A stretch of DNA of 63,389 bases, the filler included, from Hyphochytrium catenoides (lineage: Eukaryota; Protista; Hyphochytriomycota): the NCBI GenBank assembly GCA_900088475.1. It is 12 parts of 12 records of this genome, joined end to end, with 100 filler letters (N's around TTAATTAATTAA, not from the genome) between each part and the next. Parts side by side here need not be neighbours in the genome. Positions count along the whole stretch, not along the records: positions 56,044 to 60,510 come from FLMG01001892.1; positions 60,611 to 61,818 come from FLMG01001559.1; positions 61,919 to 63,389 come from FLMG01002361.1; 9 more parts are not named here. The stretch is one strand, 5' to 3'. Shown here piece after piece: positions 59,518 to 63,389 of this stretch. Numbering within the stretch: position 1 is the first letter of the stretch; each line of letters opens with the position of its first letter. The notes below the pieces were generated by a model. The model saw nothing but the letters and a program-made list of their open reading frames with translations. It was not told the DNA's origin and did no database searches. The translations under genes were made by a program, and so were the position numbers.

Positions 59518-60510
59518 ATGAAGATTCTCTCTCTCGCCGCAGCTCTTCTCTTCCTCATCACCGCTGCCGACGCTGCTCCTGCGCCTGACAAGCGCAACCT
59601 CAGATCTTCTTCTTCCGCTTTTGCCCAGGCTAACGCTGTTGCCAATACCTTTGGCGGCGGCTCTGCCTCTGCCAGCAGCACAGCTATTGCGTCTGGATCT
59701 GGAGGCGGATTCTTCGGCGGTGGATCCACATCTTTTGCCTCTGCTCAAGCTTCAGCTTCATCGACTGGATCTTCATTTCCATGGAATGGAGGCCTCGGAG
59801 GATCTTCATCTAACGCCTTTGCCAATGCCCAGGCAATCTCAAGCTCTACCGGTGGCTCTTCGTGGCCGTGGGGGGGCCTTGGAGGCCTAGGCGGAGGATC
59901 TTCATCTTCTGTTGCCATTGCGGATGCGCAAGCAAGCTCTATTGGCGGATCTTCTTGGCCCTGGAGCGGCCTCGGAGGAGGATCTTCATCGGCTTCTGCC
60001 AACGCTCAGGCAGTCTCTAGCGCCAATAACGCGTAAGTTCTTCTTTCTTTGGACATCTCTTCTTTTCTGGTCCTGTTCTCTCTTTCTCTCTTCTGGTATT
60101 CTCTCTCTCTCGCTCTCTCTCTCTTTGACTCTCGCAAGGCGCTTGGACTCACCGATTGTCTCTCTCGCTCTATCTTTCTCCTTCTCTTTCTCTGCCCTTA
60201 CAGCGGCGGCTTCCTTGTCCCTTTCCTGGGCGGCAGCAACAGCCAATCCATCGCCCAGGCACAGTCTCAGGCTACCAGCCAAGGAACTGGCTTTCTCTTC
60301 TTCCCTGGCAGTGGCTCTTCTTCTGCTCAGGCGCAGGCTCTGGCTCTCTCCCAGTCCAACAGTGGCGGCCTCTTCTTCCCCTTCAGCGGCGGCAATGCCC
60401 AGTCCATCTCTTCTGCTAACGCGCAGGCCATCAGCCAGAACACAGGCAAAGGCTTCTTCTTCTTTCCAGGCCAAGGCGGATCTTCTTCAGCCAATGCAGA
60501 GGCTCTGGCT
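59518..60510 (+). CDS. Secreted Gly/Ser/Ala-rich repeat protein, copy B (3' truncated)
   Basis: MKILSLAAALLFLITAADA signal peptide, then KRNLR and repeats. Exons 59518-60032 and 60204-60510; near-identical to copy A. Confidence 0.85.
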
Positions 60511-60610
60511 NNNNNNNNNNNNNNNNNNNNNNNNNNNNNNNNNNNNNNNNNNNNTTAATTAATTAANNNNNNNNNNNNNNNNNNNNNNNNNNNNNNNNNN
60601 NNNNNNNNNN

Positions 60611-61818
60611 GACGAGGGCCGTGCAGCTGCCCTGAGGGACAAAAGTGCCAAAGAACACAAGATTCTTCGTCTCGAGAGGGTTCTCATCAGTGCACTCGGG
60701 GCTTCTCTTCTGCGGCTCGCTCTCACCTGGGAACCGCAAATGTCCATGTAGTTAGAGAGGGAGGGAGAGCCAAAGACAAGAGAGGCAAGAGAGAGAGACC
60801 AAAGGACCTTGTAGGCCTTAGCGAAGGAGACCAAAGCGCTCCACATGCAAGCGTCCAAAAGATATACGAGAGCGCGCAAAGAGGGAAGGAGAGAGAGAGA
60901 AAAGAAAGTCGCGCTACCTGTCAGAGCCGCATTGTCCACCTGCATATCATCAGAACATGAGACGATCCTGGAGTCAGCTGGAATCTTGTCTCCAGCCTTC
61001 AGTTGGATCAGGTCACCGCGAACTAGGTTCACAGCATCCATCTTCTGCGCCTGTCCGTCTCGAATAACCGTGATCATAGTAGGCATCATATTCTTGAAAG
61101 ACTCCATCAGAGAGGAAGACTTCGAGTTCTGAAAGTACGAGAAGGTTCCTGTTGAACGTGGAGAGGGGAGAAAGAAAGATAAGGAGTTGGGATGGGGATG
61201 AGTGAGTTAGAGAGAGAGAGACAGACAGAGGGATACGGGACGAAGGGATCAGCGTTGGTCTTGGACAACCCTTGCTTACAGGAAAGACAGAACACCCTGG
61301 GAGGAAGAAATAACGAGCTAGAGAGCATGTAATCCTCTTTATCAGTTCCCCTTCTCTCCCTTCGACTCCCTCTTTCTTCGAAAGTCCGCCTCACCTGAGA
61401 TGAACACTACCAAGACTAGCACACAGCCGAGGTAGAGGTTGGAGTAGTCATGGCTTAGAAGATAAGCAATGAGACAGAGCAGAGCTCCTGCCCACAGGAG
61501 AAGGGAGAACAGGCCAGTGAGCTCTCTCACATACTTCAGCCAAGCAGGGATCTGCTTGGGTGGTGTCAAGCAGTTCTTCCCTTCCAGCTCTGCCCTCCTC
61601 AAGGCAGAGTCACTGTTCATGCCCTGAAGAAAGAACCAATTAAGACGATAAAGAGAGGTTAGACAGAAGAAGGGAAGCCTGCATAGGAGAAGATGCTGGG
61701 AAAGATCGCGAGAGCCAAAGCTAGGAAACAAAAGGAAGTGTGAAGGATCTATAACCGCACATTCTGAGCATCTGTCCCAAGGTCAAGCACCAACTCCTCA
61801 ATAGTCTTTGTGTGCTCG
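60611..61818 (-). CDS. N-terminal fragment of a P2C (Na+/K+-type) ATPase alpha subunit
   Basis: [17 protein letters not shown]...[59 protein letters not shown]|[27 protein letters not shown] (TGES motif in P2C-specific context). Confidence 0.93.
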
Positions 61819-63389
61819 NNNNNNNNNNNNNNNNNNNNNNNNNNNNNNNNNNNNNNNNNNNNTTAATTAATTAANNNNNNNNNNNNNNNNNNNNNNNNNN
61901 NNNNNNNNNNNNNNNNNNGGGTCCCCCCCCCAAAACCCCGTTTTCTCACATTGGCCGCCTTTTGACCCTGAGAGCTCCTTTAGCAGGTCGCTGCCTGGAC
62001 GTCTGGGACCTTCCCTGGCGTCTGATACTCCGCGCTGCCGCTGCTTCGTGATGCTCTCGAGGCTCAAGGCCTGGCTGCGGCTGCTGCTGCTGCTGATGAT
62101 GATGTTGAGAGAGTTCCTGCTGCCCAGGGGCTTTTTGCGGCTTCTCGGTGTCCTGCTGCACGCTTAGTAGTTGGATAGGGATGAGGTAGAGGTACGGGAG
62201 GAGGTATGTGGGCGAGCCAAAGGAAGATGGTGAACCATCGTAGGTTATCAAAGATACTTCTAGTGAGTGAGCCACTCGTCAGGAACTGCTTCAGCCAGAA
62301 AGGTGCTTTGTTATATGTGAACACTCCGTCTAGTAGTACCATATACTCCTCTCTACTATATGCTCTCGCTTTATCTCTTGGAGCTAGCGCTGGGGCGAGG
62401 AGGTGGATAGTCCGAGTCTCCTGGGCCGCGAATGGTTGGCTATCAGCGTAGCGCTTGCTACGAAGAAGGCTGCTCTCATCTCTAGTTCTATTCCTTCTCC
62501 TCTCGCTCCTTCTCTCTCTCTGCTCTCCCTGAAATCGGTTTGCTTCTACTCACAATGTAAATCAGTCAATAAAGTTCGAGCTAAGAGAAAAGTCCTTAGA
62601 ATCGCCTTAGAAGTCTTCCTCTGCAGAGCTTTGTCGGAGCTGAGGCCTGGCCAGCCGAAGCGAAGACTTAGCTAAACCCATTGAATCACTCTTCTTACAT
62701 ACTTTATGCTTCCAGGAGGAAGATAAACCCGACCGCGACGATATTTGCCAGACGCTGTGACTGTTGGCGGAAGGGATAGGCCCCCCGCACCTCCTCCAGA
62801 CAAAGAAGTCATTTGCCACGAGGTTGATAATAAACTTCAAACCGTAACATCAGCAAAACAATCGAAAGAATTAGCGCCACCGAGCACGGACATCTCTTTG
62901 GCTGCCCAGCCTTCCCTCCTCCATGCAAAGCCACCATTGCTGCTGAATCATATCTTCTTACCTCAGGAGTGGTCAGGGAAGTACATCTGAGGTCTTCGAT
63001 AGGGAGACTGAGCGTCTGGCCGTAGACCGGGTAGACCTGGTGACGACAAGGGTGAAGAGTACGACCATGTTGAGGGGACCGTGGTAGCCTCCATACGGTA
63101 AGCAAGGGAACCGCAGAGGTTTCTTTATTAGCTGGAACGTCAGAGGAGGAAGGTAAGCTGAGCATAAGAACGGGAAACTCTTCAGCTTGGCGTTCGTTGC
63201 CTGCCTGTTGCCATGAGTGAGCAGCCGAAGAAGAACAAAGGAAGTTACGATGTGGAGCCCTGGGGATGGGTAGAGTCCGTGAGCCCAGTAGTAGCTTTGC
63301 CATCAGCAGATGGGAGAGGAGGAGTCAATTGCGGGGAGAGAGAGCTGCCCAAGACTCGCTTTACGTCTCCTCCTACATAGACCTTTCTC

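Larger units (their letters stand above)
56044..60510. repeat. Inverted duplication: ~1.7-kb arms with ~1-kb unique spacer
   Basis: Arms ~56044-57772 and ~58776-60510 align across exons, intron and ~700 bp of upstream DNA, e.g. GAGAGTTTATTTATTC...CAATAGAA.AGCTGTG.CCCGTCTCTCC at both inner ends. Confidence 0.92.

Noticed and set aside
55944-61818. Functional linkage between the UBX gene, the repeat-protein pair and the Na+/K+-ATPase
   Set aside because: They lie on different contigs joined by artificial spacers.
22783-61874. Recurrent TTAATTAATTAA palindrome that could pass for a regulatory or CRISPR-like repeat
   Set aside because: Always embedded in N runs; it is a six-frame-stop contig linker.
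61919-63389. Minus-strand ORFs including a His/Gln-rich stretch
   Set aside because: Could be a gene 5' end, but no consistent frame or domain could be established.
1-63389. tRNA, rRNA, CRISPR arrays, prokaryotic operons or defence systems
   Set aside because: None recognised by eye; the sequence is spliceosomal-intron-rich eukaryotic DNA. A covariance-model scan would be needed to exclude small RNAs.

Overview
This is eukaryotic, intron-rich DNA, so the ORF track is mostly noise from (CT)n/(GA)n microsatellites. The window is a concatenation of about 12 contigs joined by artificial N-TTAATTAATTAA-N spacers (12-mers at ~22783, 26051, 31141, 33285, 34580, 46249, 49323, 50726, 55988, 60555, 61863), so adjacency across spacers has no biological meaning. 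Gene content (Na+/K+-type P2C ATPase, PTPDC1, tubby-like, RxL-type secretory propeptides) suggests a flagellated protist, probably a stramenopile; this is inference. Spliced genes reconstructed by eye: a long coiled-coil protein, a tubby-like protein, KRI1, a small ELF4/SSXT-like protein, ISY1, a PAP/OAS1-type nucleotidyltransferase-fold protein, a golgin-like/WW protein, ZGPAT, a mucin-like type I membrane protein, a YccV/HspQ-domain gene, a HEAT/TPR gene, fragments of ATG3, PTPDC1, a UBX protein and a Na+/K+-ATPase, plus an inverted pair of secreted Gly/Ser/Ala-repeat proteins. Mobile DNA: decayed Copia LTR retrotransposons, a DIRS-like fragment and a complete non-autonomous CACTA(G)-type element. 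Most interesting: (1) a nucleotidyltransferase lacking its catalytic DxD, fused to a LOTUS-like winged helix and a PAM2 motif; (2) the head-to-head pair of silk/amyloid-like secreted proteins; (3) the ELF4/SSXT-like microprotein with a GC-AG intron; (4) the YccV and TPR genes in the same frame, separated by one TAG. All family calls come from motif recognition, not database searches.
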